Positions 36,208-45,610 of a stretch of 46,312 nt of DNA are shown here, in pieces. The translations under genes and the position numbers were made by a program. A model generated the notes under the pieces. That model had not been told where the DNA came from. It ran no database searches and saw only the letters and a list, made by a program, of their open reading frames with translations. The first letter of the stretch is position 1; each line of letters opens with the position of its first letter. The stretch spans positions 1 to 46,312 of the forward strand of contig CAYJBP010000005.1 of NCBI GenBank assembly GCA_964368605.1, read 5' to 3'. The stretch is from an uncultured Peptococcaceae bacterium. GTDB lineage: Bacteria; Bacillota; Dehalobacteriia; UBA4068.

Positions 36208-38385
36208 ATGATATTTACTAAAACAAATCGTTCGCTAAGATTTATTATTATTGCTTTGTTCAGCCTTTTACTGCTATTTACTGGGGCAAATGTAGTCTTA
36301 GCCAATAATCAAATTACGGCGGCTGTGAATAATCCGGCGGCAATCGGGGCTACTGCTTTTACGCAAGATAATGCCCCTAGATTAATTGTTCACGGTTTGG
36401 ATAATGTTAAAGGCCTTGAACTTACATTTACAAATGCAAAGTGGGCTGGGGACCTATATGAAGACATATCCTTTAAAGTTTCTGAAGTCGATAATGAGGG
36501 TATTGTTACTATCACCTTCAAAAACAATCCCACATACATCCTCATCCCCCTAATAACAACTATCAACAATCCAAACATAACCTCCTCGGTAACTATTTCC
36601 ATTCTGGGAGCAGATACCGATGAAGATGACATAACCATCGCCTTCACCACCGATGACACCTCAATCAATATTAACAAAGGCAATGATGAAGAAGAAAAAA
36701 ATAGCCTTACCATCATAAATCCTACTCATGGCACTTTAGTCAAAATCGGCGGCAACACATATGTACTTAATATTGCCGAAACAGATGCTAACGGTAATAC
36801 CTTATCGCAAACCATATCTTTTGCCGGCACACCCCAACTTACCATTATTCCGAGCGGCAACAATGCTGTGGGCAATAGTCAAGTTACCGTTATAGATGAA
36901 AGTTCCTTAACAGGCAGCACATCGGCAGACGGTGAAAGCATAATCATTAAATTATCTACCGGCGCAACAGGGGAAGGTATTTTCGGCTTAATGGTGCCAC
37001 CCAATGCCAAAATGGAAGAGCCAAATATAGACTCGGCCTTTTCCGGTATAGACATCACCGGCGATGTGGATTTCATACTAGGGCAGCATAAAGAGAGTTA
37101 TCCGCCGCTGTCATCCTTACATGATATTCCTTTCGAGATGCCAGACGGCAAAATAATGAACCTTAGCTTGCACCCTATAAGCGCTATTTATGATGAGGGC
37201 TATGAATTTAACATAGACTTGGCATTTCCCGAAGGCCATTCGGCCGCAGATAAATTGATCTTAACTGCTCCCACCGGCTTTGTTTGGCAGCAAACAGAAG
37301 AAATTGCTATAACAGGCCTTACTGTTGATACCATTACTTCCAGCGAAGATAGTCTGGTGCTAACCTTAAGTTTTACAGCCAATGCAGATACATTGGAGGA
37401 TATTGCCTTGGAAGGTCTTAAACTTATGCCTACAGCAGATGCTGCCAAAGGCCCTGTAAATGTAGAATTAGAAGGTTTTGGATTTGAAGCTAACTTGATT
37501 GTGGGATATTATAGTGAAGATGGCGAATTGTCGCCCCTGCCGGAGGGCATAGGTGCTTATCAAAACTCTGCCGCCAATCAACAAAATTCAACCTATACCA
37601 CAAATGTGGATATATATTTTGCAGAAGAACATTCATTTGAAGCTCTCAATTTTTTAGCACCACACGGCTTTGAGTGGATAAATACCGACCGAATTACTGT
37701 GCTTGACGGGGCGGGAAGTTATGTTAGCAGCAATGTTGCGGTAAACGGCACAAATATGATAATTACTTTTGATAGAGGAATTGATACAGATGGACTTATC
37801 ATAGAATATCTCGCATTGCAACCTACAGAAACAGCCGACCCCGGCGATGTGACTGCACTTCTTTCGGTTGGCGACGCATTGAGCGAACTGCCAATTAATA
37901 TGGGCAGTTATGAGGGACCACCGGAGCAGCCGGAGCAGCAGACGGAGCAGCCGGAGACGTCTGTTAATAATAGTGTAACAGGATCAAATTTTACTTTTAC
38001 TATAGGCAGCAATGAATTAGCCATAAATGACGAAACTATCATCATGGATGTCGTACCGTATATTGATAAAGAGGACTCAAGTATGTATGTACCGCTAAGA
38101 TTTATGTTGGACGCATTTGGTTTCTCCCATGAGAATCTTATCTGGAATGGCGATAGAAAAACAGCAACCATAGTGATTAACGATACTGTACATACTTTTA
38201 CTGTAGGCAGCAACATAGTAACAGTAAATGATGAAGAACAAATTCTGCATAATCAAAATAATGTGCCTCTAACTACTAAACTTGTCAATGGACGAACGGT
38301 TATTCCCTTACGCCCCGTATCGGAGCTATTGGGGGCAGAGGTTATCTGGAATCAGAGCACAATGAGTGCTTCTATTGAGCGTTAA
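36208..38385 (+). CDS. 725-aa secreted protein with a C-terminal copper-amine-oxidase-N-terminal-like (stalk) wall-associated domain
   Basis: AAGGAGG before the ATG and a signal peptide. PEQPEQQTEQPE linker. The C-terminus has YVPLRFMLDAFGF...IWNGDRKTATI and GRTVIPLRPVSELLGAEVIWNQ, typical of that domain. Confidence 0.8.
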   Translation: MIFTKTNRSLRFIIIALFSLLLLFTGANVVLANNQITAAVNNPAAIGATAFTQDNAPRLIVHGLDNVKGLELTFTNAKWAGDLYEDISFKVSEVDNEGIVTITFKNNPTYILIPLITTINNPNITSSVTISILGADTDEDDITIAFTTDDTSININKGNDEEEKNSLTIINPTHGTLVKIGGNTYVLNIAETDANGNTLSQTISFAGTPQLTIIPSGNNAVGNSQVTVIDESSLTGSTSADGESIIIKLSTGATGEGIFGLMVPPNAKMEEPNIDSAFSGIDITGDVDFILGQHKESYPPLSSLHDIPFEMPDGKIMNLSLHPISAIYDEGYEFNIDLAFPEGHSAADKLILTAPTGFVWQQTEEIAITGLTVDTITSSEDSLVLTLSFTANADTLEDIALEGLKLMPTADAAKGPVNVELEGFGFEANLIVGYYSEDGELSPLPEGIGAYQNSAANQQNSTYTTNVDIYFAEEHSFEALNFLAPHGFEWINTDRITVLDGAGSYVSSNVAVNGTNMIITFDRGIDTDGLIIEYLALQPTETADPGDVTALLSVGDALSELPINMGSYEGPPEQPEQQTEQPETSVNNSVTGSNFTFTIGSNELAINDETIIMDVVPYIDKEDSSMYVPLRFMLDAFGFSHENLIWNGDRKTATIVINDTVHTFTVGSNIVTVNDEEQILHNQNNVPLTTKLVNGRTVIPLRPVSELLGAEVIWNQSTMSASIER

Positions 38386-38420
38386 GCATTGGGATAGGCG
38401 CTTTAATGTTTTTGCTGCTT

Positions 38421-38455
38421 TACCGGCAAGATTTTTTCTTCTTGCCGGTATTTTT
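38421..38455 (+). terminator. Rho-independent terminator
   Basis: TACCGGCAAGA, 8-nt loop, TCTTGCCGGTA, then TTTTT. Confidence 0.8.
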
Positions 38456-38675
38456 ATGTCATATTCAAGCCAAAACCGGGGCTTTGTTCATTAAATCTCA
38501 TTTCTTCAGCAGTCTTAATAACCCAATCGCCGCTACTACTCCAAAGATGGATATTAACCGTTCAACCATCAAGCATAAAGTCCTGTTACTCGGTGCTTAC
38601 CAATCCCGTCAGTATTTGGTACATGGTGGCTAGCTATAAAAAACACTGAAAATAAAATTGCTAATTTGCAACAAA

Positions 38676-38710
38676 AAGGGGCTGTCGCAACCGACAGCCC
38701 CTTGATTTTT
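38676..38710. terminator. Bidirectional terminator (GGGGCTGTCG stem family)
   Basis: AAGGGGCTGTCG-CAAC-CGACAGCCCCTT, flanked by an A-run and a T-run. It lies 20 nt downstream of the stop of the 38725 gene. Confidence 0.8.
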
Positions 38711-38724
38711 TATAGCGTTAATTA

Positions 38725-41700
38725 TTAATTCCAGCCCCAAACCCTTTGCAAAAGCGTTACTACTTCAGCATGGGTAGTTGTGCCTTGCGGATCTAAAATA
38801 TTATTGCCTTTGCCTTGCATCAATTCAATGGCTACTGCCCATTGCAAACTGCTTACGGCATAGTCAGAAACCAGATCATGATCGGTAAAGGCTTCTAAAG
38901 AAGTAGAGGCCGTTATATCAAAACCACTGTACTCGGCATAGCGATAAAGTATAGCCGCCATTTGCTCACGGGTAATTGTGTCATCGGGGGCAAAGGTCTC
39001 GGCATCATAGCCATCAACAATGCCATTTTTCGCAGCCCAGGCCACAGCTTGGGCATAATAGGCATCGGCGGCTACATCGGCAAATGTTAATTCAGCGCCA
39101 TCTGTGGCTAAATCGCTATCTTCAGCTTGCATGCTTAAATCTAAGCGATAAAGTAGAGTTACCATCATAGCACGAGTAGCTTCGGTAGAAGGATTAAAGG
39201 TGGTATCGAATATACCGGCCAATAAGCCCTGCTTGGCAGCAAAATGCACCGCTTCATAATACCAGGCATCCAAGGCTACATCACTAAACATCGACTCTGT
39301 AACTGCTGCCGTGCCGATAAAATAATAGGAAAAATGATTGATAATAAAGGAAACAGTTTGTGTAATCGGGTCATATACTGTTTCTTGGGCTACTATTTGG
39401 CCTGCTTCGTCAATAAAATATACCACAATACTTTCCGCTGTTTCGCCATCTTGCAAAGTATAGGGCAAAGTTACATTAACTGTGCCGCCGCCTAAATCGC
39501 TAATTACTTTATCGCCTGCGATGATAGTTAAATCATAAATCGGACGATCGCCTACTTGCGCCTTTTGTTCTTCGCTTAAAGTTGAGGGATCTACTTTGGC
39601 TATTGTTAAAGTTACTTCTGCGCCGCTTTGTTGCTCAATTGCTTCTAAAGCAGTTTGCGAGAAGGCCAAAGTAGCAATTTCTGTTTCCACAATAAAGCGC
39701 AATTCGGCATCGGTGGCATCATTGGCCAATTCGGCAGGGTTAAAGGAGAAGTTAACGGTATTAGCTTCAGCTTCCGCATCGGCATTAAGCTCTACCAAGA
39801 TATCCAATACCGGCAAAGGTGCATCATTGTCTGCTCCATCAAAGCCGGCTGCTTCTTGCTCGGCAGCCAAATCGTCTAAGGCATCTTCCACCATTGATTG
39901 CAATAAGCCCTCATCTGCCGTAGCCCCGGCAATATTATCTTGGGTATTGGTAGCTAAATCGGTGCTTACGGTTACATTAATGCTTGGCTCGGTGGTTTCG
40001 GGATTGGGATTAGTGCCGGCATCAGTGCCAAGGCCGGTATCGGCATCAGTGCCGGTACCGATTCCGGCATTACCATCGCCGCGATCGGGGTTAGGCGGTT
40101 CCGGCAGTTTGTATAGGATAACTTGAGTGGGATCATTGAGATCTCTTTCCAGCTCGTAAACACCTACATTCACATCACTTATGCGCAGGGCGGCAAAATC
40201 AGCGGCCTGCTGTTCTGTGTCTTGACTTGCTAAGACGGCAACAATGCCTCTAACCATATCATCCGGATGCATAATCCCAATTGACGAGCCGGCCGACAGT
40301 GCGTTAATGCTAATCTGTTGATTAGGTAAATCTAGCAAGTATAATTCATTGATAATTACTCTGCCGGATAGGGTTACGTCGGCTAAGCCTGCCGTATCTT
40401 TGGAAGAGTCACCGCCGTGAAGCTGGCCTACGGCGCTATCTGTGATATTTATAATTGCATTGTTGTTTGCGTCACCGCTTCCGTAAACAGCGCTTATAAT
40501 AGTAGAATTCATGATGTCGACTGTAGCTTCGCCCACCGTTCCATGTTCTCCTTCGGCTAGAACAGTGTCTACAGTGCTATTTTCTATCGTTATTTTCGTC
40601 TCCAAAGCATGTTGATCGCTACTTGCGTGGCCGCCGAAAACTTCATCTACACGGGCATTGATTATTTTGATATTTGTTGCATTGGTATCTGGTGTCTCCG
40701 ATGATCGAGAATCGCTACCATCTCCGTGAACTTCAGCAACATGACCACCGTTGATTGTTACATTTGTCGTTCCGGTTATGCCACTTTCGCTGCCGCCGTA
40801 AATTTTTATACGCGGATTGTTTTCAGGGTTGTTGTTGTTGATTATTACGTTCGTTGTTACGGTTTCGCTACTATAACTACCGCCGCCGCCGTAAATGAAT
40901 CCCGGGTCATTAAATATGGCTTTTGATAAATCCACAGTTACTTGTGTTTCAGTGACTGTACCTTCAAGGCTTCCGCCGTAGACTTTATTCATCACGCCGC
41001 CATTCACTTGTACTATTGCTTTATCTATACTATCAGCGATCCCTCCACCATTACCGCCGAAAACATACCCGTCTTTATATGTATTTGATTCTGGGGATGC
41101 TAATCCTATTTCGCCACCATTGATCTGTACATTTGTGCTGATGCTGACAGAACCTCCACCATTTCCACCACCGTAAACATCTTCGGTGATAGTGGCCTCT
41201 CCGTCGATAGTTACGTTAGTATTACCTAAAACATCACTACTCTGTCCACCGCCGTAAACATTCTCGACTTTAGCAGTACCTTTCACGGTGACGTTAGTAT
41301 CGCCGGAGACATCCGCACCACCACTATTAGCACCACCACCGTAAATAGCTGTAACCTGGCCGCCGGTCATTGTGATCCTTGTGTCGCCGATTATCGTACC
41401 TGACTGCCTGCCACCGTAAATGGTCCACCCTGATATATCTATGTCCTCAAAGGTTATTGTTGTTGAATTACCAACGTCATTGTGCTTGCCCACAAGCAAG
41501 ATATCATTTCCTGCATCATACTCCCCGATTGCACCAGCATCCACATAAACAGAAGAAGTGCCGGGATCCTTACCCGCAACTATTATAAGATTTGTCCCAT
41601 TAGCATAAATATTACTACTGAAGTATGTTGGAGCTTCCACTCCATTACCGTCCGCCGAAACCCGACCCACAAAACTAAACATAAAAACCAACATAATCCC

Positions 41701-41757
41701 GAATAGCAAAAGATACTGCCCAAAACATATCTTTTTTTGACCTTTTTCCATTTTCAT
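38725..41757 (-). CDS. ~1010-aa SLH-anchored surface protein with ~25-residue YGGG solenoid repeats
   Basis: ATG at 41757 follows GGAGAAA, so the track start at 41796 is probably too early. TM/signal segment, then repeats of the type GDTNVTVKG...V.NVYGGG. A Gly/Thr/Asp/Pro linker precedes a shared ~150-aa module and three SLH motifs. Confidence 0.85.
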   Translation of the reverse strand: MKMEKGQKKICFGQYLLLFGIMLVFMFSFVGRVSADGNGVEAPTYFSSNIYANGTNLIIVAGKDPGTSSVYVDAGAIGEYDAGNDILLVGKHNDVGNSTTITFEDIDISGWTIYGGRQSGTIIGDTRITMTGGQVTAIYGGGANSGGADVSGDTNVTVKGTAKVENVYGGGQSSDVLGNTNVTIDGEATITEDVYGGGNGGGSVSISTNVQINGGEIGLASPESNTYKDGYVFGGNGGGIADSIDKAIVQVNGGVMNKVYGGSLEGTVTETQVTVDLSKAIFNDPGFIYGGGGSYSSETVTTNVIINNNNPENNPRIKIYGGSESGITGTTNVTINGGHVAEVHGDGSDSRSSETPDTNATNIKIINARVDEVFGGHASSDQHALETKITIENSTVDTVLAEGEHGTVGEATVDIMNSTIISAVYGSGDANNNAIINITDSAVGQLHGGDSSKDTAGLADVTLSGRVIINELYLLDLPNQQISINALSAGSSIGIMHPDDMVRGIVAVLASQDTEQQAADFAALRISDVNVGVYELERDLNDPTQVILYKLPEPPNPDRGDGNAGIGTGTDADTGLGTDAGTNPNPETTEPSINVTVSTDLATNTQDNIAGATADEGLLQSMVEDALDDLAAEQEAAGFDGADNDAPLPVLDILVELNADAEAEANTVNFSFNPAELANDATDAELRFIVETEIATLAFSQTALEAIEQQSGAEVTLTIAKVDPSTLSEEQKAQVGDRPIYDLTIIAGDKVISDLGGGTVNVTLPYTLQDGETAESIVVYFIDEAGQIVAQETVYDPITQTVSFIINHFSYYFIGTAAVTESMFSDVALDAWYYEAVHFAAKQGLLAGIFDTTFNPSTEATRAMMVTLLYRLDLSMQAEDSDLATDGAELTFADVAADAYYAQAVAWAAKNGIVDGYDAETFAPDDTITREQMAAILYRYAEYSGFDITASTSLEAFTDHDLVSDYAVSSLQWAVAIELMQGKGNNILDPQGTTTHAEVVTLLQRVWGWN

Positions 41758-41788
41758 AACAAATTTCTCCTTTGTATTTTTTTTATAT

Positions 41789-44713
41789 TTAAGCATTAGA
41801 GCTAATCAGCTTGCCATCTTCACCTAAATCATGCCCATCAATTGTCGTGCCGGTAGCCATAGCGCCATCTTCATTAAAGTAATACCAAGAATTCTCTAGG
41901 TACTGCCAACCGGTAACCATTTCACCGTTAAGCCCAAGGAAATGCAACTTGCCCCCCTTCTCTTGCCAAGCATTAGTAATCATTAGGCCGCTATCTTCGG
42001 CGAAAAAGTACTGCTTGCCATTGATCGATTGCCAACCGCTCGCAAGGCCATTTTCCATATAATACCAATCATTGCCGGCGCTTAGCCAGCCGTTTGCGGC
42101 GGATTGGACAAAAAATGTATCGCCATTATTAACATTAAAGGAAACAGTTTGCTCTTCGTCGGAATAAACGGTTTTTTGAGGAATGGCAACTCCTTCCTCA
42201 TTAAGGACAAATCCCAAAAGATTAGAGCCTGTTTCGCCCTCTTTTAAAGGATGGGGTAGGGTAATATTTACCGAAGCACCGTCTTTTAATTCAAATGCGC
42301 TGCCATCACTATTGCTAACATTAACATTCAATATCTCGGAGTCTTTAGCAGCCGCTTTTTGTTCATCATTGAGTTCTTCCGGATCGACTTTTGTCATCGA
42401 AACGGTAAAAGAGTTGCCGGAATTGGTCGTTAATTGCTGAAGCCCTTCATTATCAAAAGCGATATTTCCCAAATCGCTTTCCAGCGTTAAAGAAGAATTT
42501 TCCTGCTTGGCCAAATCTTCTAAACCCTCAGGATCAAGCGTAATTTCCACTTTTTCCGTATCTTTTGGGGTATCAACTTTAATTTGCAAATCGGTTTTGT
42601 TTTGTTCTAAAAGGTCGTCTACTTTATCTTCCAGCTCGGTTTTGCTGAGCTCTTCTGTAACAGTGTTTTCCCCTAAACCTGAATCTTCGGTTAGAAGATT
42701 GTTTTGGGATTCTTCATTGTCACCTTTATCAATTGGTGGTGAATAAATGCCGAGAATGAGATGGTTATAGTTAAGTTTTAATATAAATCCTTGAGGATTG
42801 TTTAAAAGAGTTAATTTAGATATATCCGAGTCATTTGCATTAATAGCTATAATATCCCTCAATTTAGCGTCATCGGACAAAGCCATATAAATGCGAGCTA
42901 TATTGCCTAAGCTGCCTTCAATGTATAGATTAGAGCCCGTGGGTATAGTAATTCCGCTATCCGGCAAGCCTATTTGGATATTATCGGAAACATGTAATTC
43001 GTCAAAATATTCAATACCGCTAACCATAGCATTTCCCTTAATAGCTAATATAGCAATGGCAATTACATCATTAATATCAGAACCTCCAGCGCTGACTGTA
43101 CTAATATCTCCGCCTGAAATAGTTGTAATAGCCTTACCAACAATATCACCTTTATTGCAGCCACCGTAAATATTTAAGATAGTGCCGCCTTTGACGGTAA
43201 TATTAGTATTATCACCTATATCACCGTTTTTACTGCCACCGTAAATAGTTGAGATAATACCGCCCTCGACTATTATATTAGTATTGCCACCAATATTGCC
43301 GAAAATATCATTATCAGGATCATCAGGTGCTTCATCCATACCACCACCGTAGATAGTTGTAATATTACCGTTTTTGATTATTACTTCAGTGTTACCTGAA
43401 ATCCTGCTATTCAAGCCACCACCTACAATTGTCTCAACTGAGCCGCCTGTCATCGTGATTTTGGTGCCAGATAATTCAACATCACCATCATTATTATCAG
43501 CAGCCCCACCGTATATAGTATATTCGGAAAGATCGGCGTTATTAGTTAAGGAATCTACCACAGCATCTTCGCCATCTATCATGCCATTATCATTTTCGTC
43601 ATGGTATACCGTTGTATTTTCTCCTGTTCCTGCTACAATAAGTAAAGGAGAACCGTTGCCGTAGATTGCGTTGCCTATGACTTCCGGATCATATCTTATT
43701 GGTTCTACTTTGACAGTCAAATTGCCGTCAGTATCTACCTCAGCTTCAGGCTTGCCTATGCTGGAAAATTGAATTATTCCGGTGTTGTTGTTATCAATAT
43801 AGGTATCTTTTGCGTTTGTAACCACGGCATCTCCATTAACACCCCTATCAAAATCCCATGGCAAAACAACGATGATTAAAGCGTCTTCCGTTAGCCCCTC
43901 CGTTCCAATTGCAAAAGAATCAAAACCATTTGTTACAGAAGCACTATTAATACGGATACCATTTCCAGCACCTACACTTCCACCTCCTATATTAGACGTA
44001 CCCGAAACGGTTAGATTTCTTTCACCATAAACATAACCGCCATTAGCACCGCCACCGTAGATATCGATAATAACAGGGCCGTCAGCAATATTTATATTAG
44101 TATTTCCCCAAACATCACCATTATTCCCACCACCATAGACTACATTTTGGCTTATGTTAGCGGATATATTAATCTCAGTACTGCCCTCAATATAACCGTA
44201 ATAACTGCCACCATACACCTCTCCTCTAACATCACCGCCTGTGATAGTTAACTTAGTGTTGCCGCTAACATCACCGCCATTACTTCCGCCATAAAGGTGG
44301 GAATCAATCGTACCGCCTATGATAGTTATATCAGTATCACCTTCAATATCACCGTCACTACTGCCGCCGCCGTAGATAAGAGAAACATATCCGCCTGTCA
44401 TAGTGATCTTGGTACTTCCTGTATCTTCCGTATCGGCACCACCGTATACAGTAGCCCAGGAAAGGTCAGCATTTTCTACTACTACTACATCTTCATTGTC
44501 AACAACTCCGATAGAACCTTTGTCCCAATAGACAGTTGTAGTATCTTCTACTGTACCATCTACAATAAGCAAAGGAAATCCATTGCCGTAAATAGCATTA
44601 CCTTGTAATTCAGGCTTTGTCATTTCAGCCAAAGCCGTAGCCGAAGATAAACCAATCATCAAACAAAACACTAAAATAGTACTTAAAACAAATTTGGTTA
44701 ATTTCATATTCAT
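41789..44713 (-). CDS. 974-aa surface protein with two YGGG-repeat modules and C-terminal cell-wall-binding (CW_binding_1-type) repeats
   Basis: AGGAG before the ATG and a signal peptide ending ALA. Repeats such as GNTNITVKGGTILNIYGGC. The C-terminus has GWLSAGNDWYYMENG...GWQSINGKQYFF...GWQYLENSWYYFNEDGAMATG. Confidence 0.85.
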   Translation of the reverse strand: MNMKLTKFVLSTILVFCLMIGLSSATALAEMTKPELQGNAIYGNGFPLLIVDGTVEDTTTVYWDKGSIGVVDNEDVVVVENADLSWATVYGGADTEDTGSTKITMTGGYVSLIYGGGSSDGDIEGDTDITIIGGTIDSHLYGGSNGGDVSGNTKLTITGGDVRGEVYGGSYYGYIEGSTEINISANISQNVVYGGGNNGDVWGNTNINIADGPVIIDIYGGGANGGYVYGERNLTVSGTSNIGGGSVGAGNGIRINSASVTNGFDSFAIGTEGLTEDALIIVVLPWDFDRGVNGDAVVTNAKDTYIDNNNTGIIQFSSIGKPEAEVDTDGNLTVKVEPIRYDPEVIGNAIYGNGSPLLIVAGTGENTTVYHDENDNGMIDGEDAVVDSLTNNADLSEYTIYGGAADNNDGDVELSGTKITMTGGSVETIVGGGLNSRISGNTEVIIKNGNITTIYGGGMDEAPDDPDNDIFGNIGGNTNIIVEGGIISTIYGGSKNGDIGDNTNITVKGGTILNIYGGCNKGDIVGKAITTISGGDISTVSAGGSDINDVIAIAILAIKGNAMVSGIEYFDELHVSDNIQIGLPDSGITIPTGSNLYIEGSLGNIARIYMALSDDAKLRDIIAINANDSDISKLTLLNNPQGFILKLNYNHLILGIYSPPIDKGDNEESQNNLLTEDSGLGENTVTEELSKTELEDKVDDLLEQNKTDLQIKVDTPKDTEKVEITLDPEGLEDLAKQENSSLTLESDLGNIAFDNEGLQQLTTNSGNSFTVSMTKVDPEELNDEQKAAAKDSEILNVNVSNSDGSAFELKDGASVNITLPHPLKEGETGSNLLGFVLNEEGVAIPQKTVYSDEEQTVSFNVNNGDTFFVQSAANGWLSAGNDWYYMENGLASGWQSINGKQYFFAEDSGLMITNAWQEKGGKLHFLGLNGEMVTGWQYLENSWYYFNEDGAMATGTTIDGHDLGEDGKLISSNA

Positions 44714-44742
44714 AATTCTACTCCTATTTATAATTTGAGATA

Positions 44743-44771
44743 ATTATAGCACATAGCTAGCCCTTTTTCAA
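44743..44771 (-). promoter_or_regulatory. Promoter of the 974-aa gene
   Basis: Minus strand reads TTGAAA, 17 nt, (TGc)TATAAT with an extended -10. Confidence 0.6.
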
Positions 44772-44801
44772 GGAATAAAATAATTTAATCATAAGAATTA
44801 C

Positions 44802-44830
44802 TTGCACCTTAGCTTAATTTATGTTACAAT
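44802..44830 (+). promoter_or_regulatory. Promoter of the small SLH gene
   Basis: TTGCAC, 17 nt, (TGt)TACAAT. Confidence 0.55.
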
Positions 44831-44861
44831 TTTTACAAACCAGGTATTTAGGAGGAAGAAA

Positions 44862-45521
44862 ATGAAAAAATTTCTTATTTCGGCTATACTATTGAGCACA
44901 ATTTTGTTTTTAGCCAATGCGCAGCCTGCTTTAGCAGCAGATGCAGATAATGCAAGTGCCACCACCCTGCCCCAATTTGAGGATATTGATATTAATGGTT
45001 TTGATTATCAAGCCGTGAAGTATGTTGTGGAAAATGATTTGATGAACGGTGTTAGCCCTACCCTATTCGATACAGACTCCACCCTTACCCGGGCAATGTT
45101 TACCACTATATTATGGCGCATGACAGGTGAGCCTGTGGTTAATTATGCCTTAAGCTTTGAAGATGTTAATGAAGATATGTGGTATACCGAAGCCATACGC
45201 TGGGCAACTTCAATAGGCCTGGTAGAAGGTTATAGCAGCGAATTTTTCAATACAAATGCAGCGATAAACCGTGAACAAATAGCCACCATCCTTTATCGTT
45301 ATGAGCAAAATATTATGGGCGGCGGCTTTGAGGAACAATGGTCATTTACCATACCCTTTTCCGATGCCTCATCTATACCAGAATGGGCTTTGGAAGCCTT
45401 TAGTTATATGTTGAGCAAAAATGTAATAGCAGGCTTAGATGACGGCAGCCTAGGCCCGCAAAACACCGTCTCTCGTTTAGATGTGGCAACTATTATGATG
45501 CTTTACTTGGAGGCTAAATAG
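44862..45521 (+). CDS. 219-aa protein consisting of a signal peptide plus three SLH motifs only
   Basis: ATG at 44862 follows AGGAGGA, so the track start at 44802 is probably too early. Signal peptide ends ALAA. Three SLH repeats (FEDI..., FEDVNEDMWYTEAIRWA..., FSDASSIPEWALEAF...). Confidence 0.8.
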   Translation: MKKFLISAILLSTILFLANAQPALAADADNASATTLPQFEDIDINGFDYQAVKYVVENDLMNGVSPTLFDTDSTLTRAMFTTILWRMTGEPVVNYALSFEDVNEDMWYTEAIRWATSIGLVEGYSSEFFNTNAAINREQIATILYRYEQNIMGGGFEEQWSFTIPFSDASSIPEWALEAFSYMLSKNVIAGLDDGSLGPQNTVSRLDVATIMMLYLEAK

Positions 45522-45575
45522 GGGTTTGCGAGTGAGTATTTGCGGATAATTAAAATATTACTGAATAAAAAAGTG

Positions 45576-45610
45576 GGGCGGTTGCATTAAGCAGCCGCCC
45601 TTATTCTTTC
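45576..45610 (+). terminator. Rho-independent terminator
   Basis: GGGCGGTTGC-ATTAA-GCAGCCGCCC (one G-U pair) followed by a T-rich tail. Confidence 0.65.

Noticed and set aside
38406-38633. 75-aa ORF after the 36208 gene.
   Set aside because: It starts inside and reads through the rho-independent terminator at 38421-38455. It has no SD and an implausible composition.
39596-40126. 176-aa plus-strand ORF, plus other ORFs antisense to the surface-protein genes: 32006..32425, 36390..36716, 37908..38216, 42183..43664 and 44297..44608.
   Set aside because: They lie opposite long, repeat-rich, well-supported coding sequences. Their Ala/Ser/Pro-rich translations are the mirror of Gly/Thr/Ala-rich repeats.
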